A DNA stretch of 64,000 bases from Octopus bimaculoides (GCF_001194135.2 NC_068983.1:33081709-33145708), one strand, 5' to 3'; shown: positions 13,010 through 26,437, counted from the first letter of the stretch. The notes: generated by a model not told the origin, from the sequence alone. Translations and numbers: made by a program.

Positions 13010-13228
13010 TAAGGCAGAAAGTTGGCAGAATCATTAGCGTGCCAGGCAAAATGCTTAGTGACATTTTATCTCTCTTTATGTTCTGAGTTCAAATTCAGCT
13101 GAGGTCGACTTTGCCTTCCGTCCTTCCAGGGTTGATAAAATATGTACCAGTTGAACACTGGGGTTGATGTAATTGACTTACCACCCTCACCAGAAATTGC
13201 TGGCCTTGTGCCAAAATTTGAAACCAAT
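13010..13228 (+). mobile_element. tRNA-derived SINE
   Basis: ctgagttcaaatt B box and gaggtcgactttgccttcc core; same family as 27352, 50875 and 59495. Confidence 0.8.
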
Positions 13229-15375
13229 ATTACTTGTACATAGTATAAAGTTGTACTGGTTTAGCATGTGATTTGATCTGAGGTTGTTTCTTGAAACTGA
13301 AGCGATTACATTGTGGAGCAATCACTTTGAAGCAGAAAGACTTTTATATTCACTTGCATTCATTTCTGGGTATTATTGTTTATCATGAATAATCAAAAGA
13401 ATTATCCTTGCTTGCCACCCTGTATTTCCCAGAAAAATGAAGATAAAAGAAGTCACTAATATCCATCTTCCTTTGTACATATTTATTACTCATCAGTCTT
13501 TCTGTGAATATATTAATGCTAATTTATCGAATAAAGTATGTTAGTTTGGAAGGAGATGCCCAAAATTTCAAGTAAAGCTTTTGAATTCTTTTACAATATT
13601 AGTAGCAAAATTAGTTGGGTTGATTCTGTTAACGACTACTTCAAAATATTCTAAACTCAATATAAAACTACTCAGCATGAATTTATTTCATTGAAGAAAG
13701 ATATTATAAATTGATGTATGATGTTCAAATCACTATTAGCAATCAACAGATGACAACTTGGTACAGTCATTAAAACAATAGATGGAATATCTTGTAACAT
13801 CTATTCTGGCTCTAGGCACTCTGAGTTTAACTCATACGAAGGTCAACTTTACTTTTTATCATTTTGAGCTTAGTAAATAAGATTTAGTCAAAATGGTTTG
13901 AATGAGAAAGTTTGTACTATCTGTTCCAGTTGTTTCTTTGCTCTTGGCAGTGCTTGTTACAACACTGCTGCCAGGCTGCACAAGCCCTTGCCTGTTCCTC
14001 GGATGACATTGGTAGCATGTAGAGGGTAAACTTGAAGGCATAAACAACTATTGATCTTCCACACAACCAACCCCACCCCAATATTCTAAAAATCCTTGCT
14101 CTAACCTGTGTCCTGCAGAAGAATTTTCTATGTGTCAGAAAGACTTATAGCATTAGCTCCATCTATTTTAATTTGAAAATAAATATCTGTACAATAAGAA
14201 ATGAGTCAAGTATTTCAGGCAGGGTTTTCCTTCAGATTAACATCTCTTTAAGGCAGATGATCTAATCCTGTGTTACAGTTGGAATCAATTATTTTTCACT
14301 GATGCTGCAAACCATCTAATAGTTTCTTATGTTTCAAGTCTCTTAACTTTTGTTATTAAAGGGGTGATTTTAGTTTATATCCAAAGGATTAAAAGGATAA
14401 ATATAGTTGTCAATTTAAGGATACTTGTAACCTGATGTATGGAGGATGTCCTTGAAATGATTTAAGTACATTTATTATAATGTTTATAAATAATTACATT
14501 GTGAAGAAACCATGGAAAGCAGACGTTAAATGATGATGATGGTGACGCTAATGATGATGATGATGATGATGATAATAATAGACATGAAGTGATAGTGAAA
14601 CTAGAATATTGAGTCAACTTGTTGAGCTCTTCCTCTTATTTATGAATACTACAATGGTCGGCACCAAGACATAATTAATGATGTCTTATCCGGATGCTAT
14701 ATCTGCAGGTTTTGAAGGATGAGTTAAGAGTAGGTGACATACTTGCATTGCTATGTTTATAGAAATATTAATTTCAAAGTTCTGCCACAGGGCCAGCAAT
14801 TTTATGGTAGAGAATTATGTTGATTACATTGACCCCTATGTCCAACAGGTACTTATTTTATTGACCTGAAAAGGATAAAAGCAAAGTTGATCATTGGTGA
14901 AAGTTGAACTCAGAATGTAAAGATGGATGAAATGCCACTTAGCATTTTGCCTAGTGTGCTAATGATTCTGCCATCTCACTGCCTTATGTTTATAGAAATA
15001 TTGAATTTATGAAACTGAACTTTATCGAATTCACACTACATTAATTGACAATATTGTTAGGATGTCTAAAAAGATTCCATTAAGCTTTTGAGTTATTACT
15101 TTTATGCTTTGCATTCAAATCTTGCAGAAGTCACGTTTGCTGTCATCCTTCCAAGGTCAATGAAGTAAGCGCCACTTAAGTACAGGATAGCTAAAATCAT
15201 TCTAGATGTGAATAGAATATATTTCTTCTATTGTAAGAAATTGTCATCATCACCATCTTCATCATTTAATGTTCATTTTCCATGCTGGCATGGGTTGGAC
15301 AACTTGACAGGGGGTGGCAAACCAGAGGGCTGCATTAGGCTCCAATTGTTTGTTTTGGTATGGTTTCTACAACCG

Positions 15376-15522
15376 AATACCCTTTCTAACACCAATGCCC
15401 TTCCTAACACCAATGCCTTTTCTAACATCAATGTCCTTTCTCATGCCAATGCCCTTCCTAACCCCAATGTCCTTTCAAATGCCAGCATCCTTTCAAATAT
15501 CAATGCCCTTCTGAACACCAAT
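15376..15522. repeat. 18-bp minisatellite, about 8 degenerate units
   Basis: Unit AATGCCCTTCCTAACACC, arising inside an RTE-type 3' tail. Confidence 0.85.
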
Positions 15523-15774
15523 ATAGAACAGAAAATAGATTTTTCCATTTCACAAAATTTTTTCCCCTTTACTCTTCCTTCTTGTCATAAAAATGGCAAG
15601 GGCTAGGAGCATTAGATCACCCATCTCCACAATCAAACTCACCTTGGAACTCTCCAATATGTTAATTGTCACTGATACAGACCCCCAACTTTCTCAGGAT
15701 TCTCGATTAACCATAAAATTAAAAATGTTAATATCAATCCCAATACTCTGCTCCAAAAGATGTTAAACCTTTCA

Positions 15775-16130
15775 TATTCTTTTACTTGTTTCAGTCATTT
15801 GACTGTAACCATGCTGGAGCATCGCCGTTATTCTTTGTAAGCCTGGTACTTATTCTATCGGGCTCTTTTGCCAAACCACTAAGTTACAGGGACATAAGCA
15901 CATCATCATCAGTTGTCAAGCGATGGGGGGGGGACACACAGACACACTCATATAAACATATACATATACATATGATGGGCTTCTTTCAGTTTCCATCTAC
16001 CAAATCCAACACAAAGCTTTGGTCAGCCCAAGGCTATAGTAGAAGACACTTGCCCAAGTTGCCATGCAGTGGGACTGAACCTGGAACCATGTGGTTGGGA
16101 AGCCAGCTTCTTACCATCCTGCCACTCCTG
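15775..16130 (-). mobile_element. tRNA-derived SINE
   Basis: Same family as 5153-5545. Confidence 0.85.
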
Positions 16131-16204
16131 TGAAAAGAATTCCTCAGACAGAACACTAGAGGAATTAGATGCAGTATGCAACACAGAAGACTGCACTGGT
16201 TTTG

Positions 16205-16590
16205 TCATGTGATGTGTATAGATGTAGACAGTTGCATACAGAAGTGCCGATCACTTACAGTGGACCCAAGGAGACATAGGACAAAGTATTGAAGGCTAAT
16301 CTCAAGACACTGGGCCTTACAAAAGAGATGATATACTACAGCAAAATTGATAATGGGGCTGGTTCCACATATAATGCATTGGTGCTGGTGCCACATAAGA
16401 ATCACCCAGTACATTCTTTGGAGTGCTTGGTGTTAGGAAGGGCATCCAGCTGTAGAAATGATGCCAAAACACACAATGGAGCCTGGTGGAGCCCCTTACC
16501 TTACCAGCTCTGCTCAAACTGTCTGACCCATGCCAGCATGGAAAAAAACAGTCATTAAATGATGATGATGATGATGATGATGATGACGAT
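16205..16590 (+). mobile_element. RTE-type LINE 3' end with (GAT)n tail
   Basis: RT C-terminal remnant plus gttaggaagggcatccagctgtagaaa...catgccagcatgga...gatgatgat tail. Confidence 0.75.
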
Positions 16591-18404
16591 GGCTTATCAG
16601 TTTGTTCACATGTACTTATTGACTCAGTTACCCATTTTCTCATCTCAATATTTAAGTGATTTATTTTCCTACAAAAATGTGGATGCACAGAGATAACAAT
16701 ACATTAATTATAATAGTCCTCTTTTAGTTTCAAACATATTACCAGAAGTGTAAACCTCTTCCAATCCAAGTAGTACTGAAATTCAAAACAGTTAAACAGC
16801 TCATGTTCTACCAAAGATCAATACAGCACAGGCCAGAATTAGACAGCAAAATAGACAGAGAAAAAAAGGTTAACATGTTTCAAATTACAACATTAATAAA
16901 AGCTGGGTATGCAAAAATGTGTTGTAGAAAATACTTGTACATATGTTTGTATTGGTAAAGTCAAATATGTAAATCAATGTTGTAGAACCAGTGTTATACA
17001 TTCTTGAATTAAATTCCCTTCGGGTTGATATGTGGCAAGAGTGGATAAAATTTCTGATGTAAATGGAATGTATAATAGTATTGATGGTACAAGGAACTAG
17101 TAGGGAATTAGATACAGTTAATCGAATTCTCATTCAACTTAACTTTTATTATTTAAGAGTGTTTTTATTTTATTTTTCTTATTGAAGACTAGCTAAAATG
17201 GAAGTTCTATACTAAGAAAATAAAATTCAGTTAATTCCTCTAGTACTGATACTTGCCAAAGGTTACAGAGTCTTATTGTCCAGTTAAAGCAAGGCAAAAA
17301 GCACTATCAATGATAGAAAACATAGTGCCAAATGACTGCCAAGATACTGTGCTCTCATAAAAATCAGTGAAAATACTGAACAACATTACTTGTTACTCAA
17401 AGGCTGCTACACTACAAAGTGGGGTTAATATAAATTACTAATAGAATTTGACTTGTAAGAAGCTTGTATTCAATACTGCACTCCTCAAAATGTTTGAGCT
17501 TGCTTTTTGATGTGAACTTACATTAGTATTTTGTGAGGGAGGTGAACAGAATGATAGACACAACATAGAGGCAGATTAAATTCCTTATTCAGTTTACTTT
17601 TGTCCTTTTATACTTTTAAATTGAAATGCTACCAGAAACAATTTTACCTTCTAGAGGTTGTTAAAATGAGCACTAGTAATGTAGCGAGTCAAGTAAATTG
17701 ACTGTACTCTTCCATACTATTTTTAATCATGTGTCAATTTAAAAAAATTATATTATTTCTTTTAATGTCTTTCATCAAAGTAGTTATATCACATTGCTTT
17801 TTGTTTTACTTGGTTGATACAAAAATAAATGTACTTTGCAGAAATATTATTTTGTTCTAGCAGCTGTTACATGATAATCAATTACTGATGAGTCATAAAA
17901 CAGGATGTCTTATATATAACAGTTACAACCATGTACAAATTAAAGCCAAGAGAATTTGTAGGTAACAAAACTAGTGACAAGGTAGGAGGTATAGCTGAGC
18001 AGTTAAGAAGTTTGTTTTGCAATCATGAGTTCCTGAGTTCAATCTAACTGCGAGGTATCTTAGGAATATGTCGTTACTCTAGCCTCAGGTCAACCCAACA
18101 TTTGTGAGTGATAATGAGTAGATGAGAACTCTGTGGAAGCCTAGTGGATGAATTGTAATTGTAACTGAAAGGTCCAGTTTATCATTTGGTGTGTCAAGAA
18201 CATGTGGAATACCCAATCACTACACATTAATTCAATGAGTTGATATACATTTCAACAAGTGACTGCTTGTCTGTAAAACTGTTGAAAAATTTATCAAATC
18301 AGTTTCTGTGAAAGAAAGAAAACTCAAGCAGCAAAAGATCTTAGTCTGAAACGTTAGATTTTTCCATAACATGACAAATGAATTTATTAACACCTAGTTT
18401 CTTT

Positions 18405-18766
18405 ATTTATCACTGTTGTACTGTTATACTGTACTCAAGAAGACCCACCCACTGCAACAGAATTGATATCCTAAAACAAAAGTGCCATGTAAAAAGCATT
18501 GGTGCGGGTGTTGGTGCCACATAAAAAGCACTGGTGATAGTGCCATGTAAGAAACACCCTGTACACTTTGCAAAATGGTTGGTGATAGGAAAGGCATCCA
18601 GCTGTAGAAACCAAGTCAAAACAGACTATGGAACCTGGTGCAGTCTCTGGACTTGTCAGTTCTTGTAAAGCTATCCAACCCATGCCAGCATGGAAAGCAG
18701 ATGTTAAATGTTGATGGTGATGATGATGATGATGATGATTATGACGATGACGATGATGATGATGAC
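18405..18766 (+). mobile_element. RTE-type LINE 3' end with (GAT)n tail
   Basis: Same tail motif as other copies. Confidence 0.75.
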
Positions 18767-19140
18767 GATGTCCAACCACATTTGAACTGATGATGTTAGT
18801 GCTTGACTACATCCTATGATGGTGCATTGTTCCCATAAACTTTCATCGCATTGAAAGTCTCTTTTTGTGTATAACCTTTCAAGTATAAAAACCTAGTCAC
18901 TGATCTGCATTCAACTGCCTCCATTTATAACACCTTAGTCTACTTCATCAGCCGTAAAAGACAAATAAATACTAGTGGAAAGCTGCAATTTACAATGGGA
19001 CATGTAGAGTCATGTATGATTATACATGTACAAGTTCCATTTCCTGCAATAACCAAAAGTGGGTCAGAAAAGGCATTTATTGAACACCTCTCATATCCTT
19101 TGGAATATGTGCTGAGCATTCCTTTCTCATTTGTCTGGCA
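18767..19140 (-). repeat. 374-bp inverted duplicate of 19574-19947 (mariner 5' end plus flank)
   Basis: Reverse complement aligns end to end with about 10 substitutions. Confidence 0.9.
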
Positions 19141-19620
19141 TTAACATATGCATACACACACACTCACACACACACACACAAGCACATACACAAATATGTT
19201 TTTAATGAATGAACACCATACAGATTGGTGAGGATCCTCTAATCTTTGATGCCACTATAAACCCACCTATACAGGACACTATGCAAAGTAGTTGCAATAA
19301 GGAATTGTTTGAGTTATAGAAACCATGGCAAAAATAAGTACATGGGTGAGGTTCCATCTTTGAACCAACTAAAAGACACAAAGTCTTCAAATAAGGATTG
19401 CTTCTGACAGCAATGATATTTTTCAAACTATGCCAACATGGAAAGCAGATGTAAAATGATTATGCTGCTGTTACTGCTGCTGCTGATGATAAAAATGACA
19501 ATGATGATGGTGGTGGTGGTGGTGATTGTACATCTCTTTTGTACACTGAACTAAAATCCTGCTTTTTATCCATTGGCAGACAAATGAGAAAGGAATGCTC
19601 AGCACATATTCCAAAGGATA

Positions 19621-20897
19621 TGAGAGGTGTTCAATAAATGCCTTTTCTGACCCACTTCTGGTTATTGCAGGAAATGAAACTTGTACATGTATAATCATAC
19701 ATATCTCTACATGTCACATTGTAAATTGCAGCTTTCCACTAGTATTTATTTGTCTTTTACGGCTGATGAAGTAGACTAAGGTGTTATAAATGGAGGCAGT
19801 TGAATGCAGATCAGTGACTAGGTTCTTATACTTGAAAGGTTATACACAAAAAGAGACTTTTGATGCGATGAAGGTTTATGGGAACAATGCACCATCATAG
19901 GATGTAGTCAAGCACTAACATCATCAGTTCAAATGTGGTTGGACATCAGTGGAAACTGTTACTATACCTGGATGACCATATTCTGCCATTGATGACGACA
20001 CCATCCATAAAGTGGAAACCAGCATTTTGGAGTAACACCACATAACTATTCAGCAACTAGCCCAAGAAGTGAAGATGTGTGTAAGGTCCATGGAAAAATC
20101 ATTGACAACCATTTGCACATGTGGAAGTTGTCTGCATGATGGATTCTCCAGCTGCTCACACTTTTTCAGTCAATTGCTTTCAGGCTCTGTTGGCAATGTG
20201 CCAAGAAAAAGAGAAGGAGATTTTTGCAGACTTATCACACAGGATGAAACATGGGTCCATCACTATAATCCTAAGTCTAAAGTCTAGTCAAAGCAATGGA
20301 AGCATGATAACTCACCAACTCCAGAAAGGGTTTCTGTCCAACCCTCAGCAGGCAAGATGATGCTCACAGTCCTTTGGGACCAGCATTGAGTAGTAATGAT
20401 GGAATTTTCTGCAAAGGGCACCACAATTAATGGGGCATATTATGCTTCCCTACTACAGAAATTACAAGACACCATCAAAGCAGAGAGGCGTAGCATGATG
20501 ACCAATGAAGTCCTTTCCTCCAAGACAATGACCCAATTCTCAATGCCCATGTTGCCCAGATGAAAGCACTCTCCTGCAGCTATGAAATCCTTTTTCATTC
20601 CACTTACTCTCCTGACCTCACACCATCTGGCTTCCACCTCTTCCCAGCCTTGAAGTCTTTTTTTGAAGGAGAAGCCCTTTTCAGATGATGATGAACTTAT
20701 TTCCGAGGTAAAGTCTTGGTTCCAGATGCAACTTACCAGCTTCTACAGACGAGGTCTTCATAACTGCATAAAGCAATGGAAGAAGTGTGTCACCATTGGT
20801 AGTGGCTATGTGGAGAAAGACTAATAATCATGCCAAGTTTTGTTTATTCCAGTCCTTGGGAAGTGGATCAGGGGAAATCTTTAATGAACCCCCGGTG
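19621..20897 (+). mobile_element. Near full-length decayed mariner (about 1.28 kb)
   Basis: TA flanks; transposase from ATG 19790 (MEAVECRSV...), ITQDETWVHHY, SAGKMMLTVLWD, YSPDLTPS motifs; several stops and frameshifts. Confidence 0.9.
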
Positions 20898-20949
20898 TAT
20901 GTTTTTTTTATTAAAACTGAAGCTGAGAGCTTGTCTCTTTACTTGCATT

Positions 20950-21600
20950 TCATGCCAGTGTGATCTTCAGGCAGTGTTTGAAAAGACCCAACAAGCCAAG
21001 TGAGACCATAACCTGGAGCCTATGCCAGTGGTGTATAACCAGTCCACTTATGAGTACCCTTCATTCATTGGGCAATAAACTTTGCTTGTGAAGACCTGTT
21101 GGAACAAGTGAAATCAAAATCACTGACATGGCTGATGACAGTACCACCTGATTGGCACCCATGTCAGTGGAACATTAAAAGCACCATTCGTGCATGATCG
21201 TTGCCAGGGCCGCTGACTGCTCCCTGTGCCAGTGGCACATAAAAAAAGCACCATTCGATCGTGATTTTTGCCAGCATCACCTTACTGGCACCTGTGCTGG
21301 TGGCACATGAAAAACAACATTCAAGCATGATTGTTGTCAGTGTCACTGGACTGGCTCCTGTGTAGGTGGCACATTAAAAACACCATTTGAGCATAGCCAT
21401 TGCCAGTACCACCTGACTGGCCCTCGTGCCAGTAGCATGTAAAAGGACCCACTACACTCTTGGAGTGGTTGGTGTTAGGAGGGGCATCCAGCTGTAGAAA
21501 TTCTGCCAGATCAGATTGGAACCTGGTGCAGCCATCTGGCTCGCCAGTCCTCAGTCAAACCATCCAACCCATGCCAGCATGGAAAGCGGACGTTAAACGA
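20950..21600 (+). mobile_element. RTE-type LINE 3' end with five ~66-bp internal tandem repeats
   Basis: GTGGCACATAAAAA-like anchor at 21167, 21232, 21300, 21366 and 21432; standard tail follows. Confidence 0.8.
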
Positions 21601-21607
21601 TATATAT

Positions 21608-21640
<33 letters not shown>

Positions 21641-22214
21641 AAAATTTAAGGAATGGAGAAAACGCATGTTATAACTGCATACTTTATTCCGACATATGTT
21701 TCGAAGAATTACAATTTATGCGATCCATAGGAATCAGCGATAAATTTTTAAATATACTCAAATACCCNNNNNNNNNNNNNNNNNNNNNNNNNNNNNNNNN
21801 NNNNNNNNNNNNNNNNNNNNNNNNNNNNNNNNNNNNNNNNNNNNNNNNNNNNNNNNNNNNNNNNNNNNNNNNNNNNNNNNNNNNNNNNNNNNNNNNNNNN
21901 NNNNNNNNNNNNNNNNNNNNNNNNNNNNNNNNNNNNNNNNNNNNNNNNNNNNNNNNNNNNNNNNNNNNNNNNNNNNNNNNNNNNNNNNNNNNNNNNTATA
22001 TATGGGTGGTGGGGTGCTGAAAAATTCCTGGCTTTAGGTAATGGAGGATCAGTTAATTATGATTTTATTCAACATATTCTCCCTCTCACACTTATTGCGG
22101 CAGTCCTTCAGTTTTTCTAAATTCTGTAAAAGAACATGCAAGGTTGGACCTCTAGCCATGCCATTTGCAATACCTTAAAGTCAAGAATTGTTCACCATCC
22201 TCTTGTAGGGTAGT

Positions 22215-22580
22215 GAGACATGGGCTCTGAATACCAGAAGCATGCAAAGACTAGAGAGAAACGAAGGCTGTGTGCTCTGCTGGATGTGCAACATTAGTGT
22301 GCATGTACGGCAAAGTGCAAATGTGCTGAGAGAAAAGTTGAGCATAAGACGAATCACATGCAGCATGCAAAAGAGAAGGCTGCATTGGCTTGAACATGTG
22401 ATGCATATCAATGAAGACAGCTGTATAAAGAAGTGTCGATCACTGACAGTGGAGGGTACCTGTGGAAGAGAGAGACTTAGGAAGACATGGAATGAAGTGG
22501 TAAGGACCAATCTCAGGATGTTGGGCCTTACTGGGGAAATGACAATCTGGTGATATGAAGTTCTTGAGAAGACCCACCTA
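22215..22580 (+). mobile_element. RTE-type LINE RT C-terminal fragment
   Basis: ORF 22242..22553 RRLHWLEHVMH...CGRERLRKTWNEVVR. Confidence 0.85.
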
Positions 22581-23790
22581 TGTCAATGAAACTGAATTCT
22601 AGAAGGACTGTGTGTTCCGCCCACTTGTAACAATAAAACTTTTCACACATCCTATCCCAACAAACCAAACATCTCTTCCCTTCCTCACATCTCCTCCTTC
22701 ATGCTCTCTATTTATCCCTCACTCCCCAATCCTGTCCTCATGGTTCTGTTCACTGTATAATTGCTATCCAGTAGCTCTCCACAAGATATATATCCAGGTT
22801 TTCACCACTCATTACATTGATTGAATCAGAGAATTAGAATAAGTGTGCAGGTGTCTGTGGAATATTCAAGCATTAATTTCCTCAGCAGGAATTCAGTTTA
22901 TGAAATACATGTATGCTAATATGTAACATTGATAAAGCATCCACTGATATTGTATATATTTTTAAAACTGTACTTTTCATAATATGTACTTTTCACACAT
23001 CCTACCCAAACAAACCAAACTATATCTCTTCTCTTCCTCACATCTCCTCCTTCGTGTTCTGTTTCTCTCAAGATATACACCCAGATTTTCCCCACTCACT
23101 ACATTTCCTCCCTCACTCTCTACCCATGCTTCTTTGGCAATACCCTACCACCCATATTATGACCTCCATACCTCAAGGGTATGTCCTGACACTTGCCAGC
23201 ATATCTCTCTCTCTTCTTTTACTCGACCACCCCATTTATATTCTGATCCCCATCCCTCATGCATATTCCTGGCATTTTGCCACCATCACTCTCCTGTTCT
23301 GTCTTGCACTCCTGTTGTCTCCCTCTCTCTCTCTCTCTCCTTCTGCTGCTCTTCCCTCAGGCTGGGTAACCATGTATCTCCTTTACAGCAGCACACCTGT
23401 TTTTGTCTTCATTCTTGATCTCTCTCTCTCTCTCCTCCCCCTCCGAGTAACCTTGTACCTCCCCTACAGCAAGACACCTGATTCTCTTTCTGTGTCTCAC
23501 TATTACCTTTCATCATCTGTCACAAGAAGATTGGATGAAAGGCAAGAATATCTGACTAGATGCCTTGTGGTACTTGTTCCATCTCTTTATGTTCTGGGTT
23601 CAAATCCTGTCATGACTTACTTTGGTGATAGACTTAATCTGTCACCTGATCTAACATCACTCTGCTGCAAGGTTTCAAGTTTGAGGATGCATTCCTTTCT
23701 ACTACCACCCATCTAGTTTTAAAGGTCCCGCAAAGGGTCGTGAGTTGTGCCTTCTTTTCTGACTGAAGGATAAAAAGAAAAATTAAAAGA

Positions 23791-23860
23791 ACTAAGTGTG
23801 ATAGTGTTTAAGTTCTATTGCCACTAAGTGTGATAGTGTTTAAGTTCTATTGCCACTAAG
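23791..23860. repeat. Perfect 32-bp tandem duplication
   Basis: actaagtgtgatagtgtttaagttctattgcc x2 plus actaag. Confidence 0.95.
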
Positions 23861-24224
23861 CTAGGTTTCTAAATACAATATCATGTTAAAATAGATATTA
23901 CTTAATAATTACACTTTGCAACACACAACATATAACAGATATTACACTTAATAGATTTAATGTATGTGGGAATATATAGCATTGATGTAGAAATTTGTTT
24001 GATCTAAAGGAAACCATTGATTGATGGGTTGGAATGCTATAACCAATAATACTTTTGATCACAAGTACATGACAAAAAAATTGTGATACATTATTATAAA
24101 CTATTGAAATTTCTATTCTCAACTGAATCTAACAGACTGAGATTAGTTGATTCATGCTCTTCTTAATCAAAGCATATAGCATAATACATTATATAAGTGT
24201 ATTATGTTATATTAAATGTTTGCC

Positions 24225-24760
24225 CAAGAGGTTCCCTAGAAGTAGCAGATAGTTTTTGTTACCTAGGTGCCTTGATTAACAGTGGAGGAGGATGTTCTGA
24301 AAATATAGTTGCTTGAATAAAAACTGTCTGGAAAAAGATCAGAGAGCTCTAACTTCAACTGGTAACAAAGGGTGTCTCTTTCTGTGAAAGGCAGATTGTA
24401 CACTACTTGCGTATGAATAGTAATGTTTCAGAATAGTGAGACAGGGGTTTTGAATGCAGAAGATATGAGAAGACTTAAAAGATATGAAACATCAATGTGC
24501 ATGTATGACAAACCGCAAATGTATTAAGAGAAAAACTGGACGTAGAGAAGTTAGTTGCAATGTTTAAAAGAGAAGACTGTGTTTGGTATGGTCATGTGAA
24601 ATGTACGGATGAGAACAGCAGTATAAAGAAGTTGTGATCACCAAACATGGATAGAACCCTTGGAAGAGGGAAACCCAGGAAGACAAAAATTGAAGTAACG
24701 TTGACCAAACTCAGGATGTTTAGCTTCACCAAAGACTGAGATGATTAACAATTTGCTGAA
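24225..24760 (+). mobile_element. Decayed RTE-type LINE RT fragment
   Basis: Remnants of the gaagtagtagatagttt...tacctaggtg and ggaagagggaaacccaggaagac motifs. Confidence 0.7.
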
Positions 24761-25597
24761 GAATACTCGTCTGTCTCAACAAAAATAAGATCTTATATGC
24801 TAAGTTGTTCATGTCATTCCTCTACACCCATTCTATCTTTGTCAAGCCTTCCCAAATCTTATCTTCCTAACATCTACCCTTCCTCTAATTATGGCATTAG
24901 TTACTCAGCTGCTGTAATTATAACAGCAGAACTGCACATATTTCACCCACGTTAGTGCTTTCTTTTATCAATTCCTTCTCACACGAAAATCTACTGAACA
25001 CTCCTTTCTCCAGAGCTTATCTTATGACTGCCACACCTCACCCTTAATATACTCTCATAACTTCTATCATTCTCAACTCTTCTCTCTGCCATCAACAGAT
25101 CCACCCCACCCCACCTTTGTTCATCACTCCTATGTACTTCTGACCTCCACTGTGTCTCCCCTTCTACTTTTTCTCACTCTCTACATCATCTCTGTAGCCC
25201 TCATATGTCTATGGTTGTTATTACTCCTCTTCAACCCATCTTTCTTGTACTGAAACGTACCACCACCTCCTCCCTGACTCACTCCTGTTTCCTTCACTGT
25301 CACCCCATCAAAAGATGATAGTCACCATCAACCATCCCTCCATCCTCATTTGCCATTCATTACATTCACCTCTATCCCCGTCTCTAGCCATCTCTCACTC
25401 TCCTTAACAAACCTACCCAAATGTCTCTATTCTCTTTTATACAGAGATAAAACTGAGTAAAATTTAAAATAAGACTGACATACAATATATACAATTTAAA
25501 AACACAATATACAATATGTACACACATGCTGAAATACAATATATAAAATACAGAGAGAGAGTTTAAAATGCAATATATACAATATACACATACAAAC

Positions 25598-26437
25598 ACA
25601 AAGTTGGACCTAAGAAGCATCAAATGTGGTGTGCAAGAGAGACGACTGTGCCAGTATGGACATGTGGTGCGAATGGATGAGGACAGCTGTGTGAAAAAGT
25701 GCCACACCCTAGCAGTTGAGGGAATCTGTGGAAGAGGTAGACCCAGGAAGACCTGGAATGAGGTGGTGAGGCAAGACCTTCGAACATTGGGCCTAACCGA
25801 GGCAATGACTAGTGACCAAGACCTTTGGAGATATGCTGTGCTTGAGAAGACCTGGCAAGCCAAGTGAAACCATAACCCGTGGCCTATGCCAGCAGTGTAA
25901 CCAGCCTACTTATGCGTTGCTTGCGAAGACCTATTGAGGCAAATGAAATCACAATCAAAATCGCTGATGTGGCTAATGACAGTACTGTCTGACTGGCACC
26001 CGTACCAGTGGAACGTTAAAAGCACCATCCGAGTGTGATCTTTGCCAGGGCTACTGACTGGCTCCTGTGCTGGTGGCACATAAAAAGCATCATTCGATGT
26101 TACCAGCGTTGCCTTACTGGCACTTGTGCTGGTGGCACGTGAAAAAACATTCGAGCAAGGTTGTTGCCAGTGCCAATGGACTTGCTCCTGTGCAGGTGGC
26201 ATATAAAAAAACACCATTTATGCTTGGCTGTCACCAGTACCGTCTGACTGGCCCTCATGCCAGTGCACGTAAAAGTACCCACTACACTCTCAGAGTGGTT
26301 GGCATTAGGAATGGCATCCAGCTGTAGAAACTCTGCCAGATCAGATTGGAGCCTGGTGCAGCCATCTGGCTTGCCAGTCCTCATTCAAACTGTCCAACCC
26401 ATGCCAGCATGGAAAGCAGACATTAAACGATGATGAT
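25598..26437 (+). mobile_element. RTE-type LINE 3' end (RT C-terminus plus tandem-repeat 3' UTR)
   Basis: RRLCQYGHVVRM...GRGRPRKTWNEVV...LWRYAVLEKT; five 59-67-bp repeats at 26008-26263; (GAT)n tail. Confidence 0.9.

Noticed and set aside
13859-14047. GC-richer stretch with short open frames
   Set aside because: Weak acceptor and no family resemblance; probably old repeat debris
21125-21460. CRISPR-like appearance of regularly spaced ~66-bp units
   Set aside because: Whole units are homologous with no unique spacers, they lie in a LINE 3' UTR, and there are no cas genes in this eukaryotic context
22913-23716. Longest gap-free ORF in the track (267 aa, L/S-rich)
   Set aside because: Pyrimidine-rich repeat-derived sequence (partly duplicated at 22625-22710); composition-driven, with no recognisable domain or splice structure
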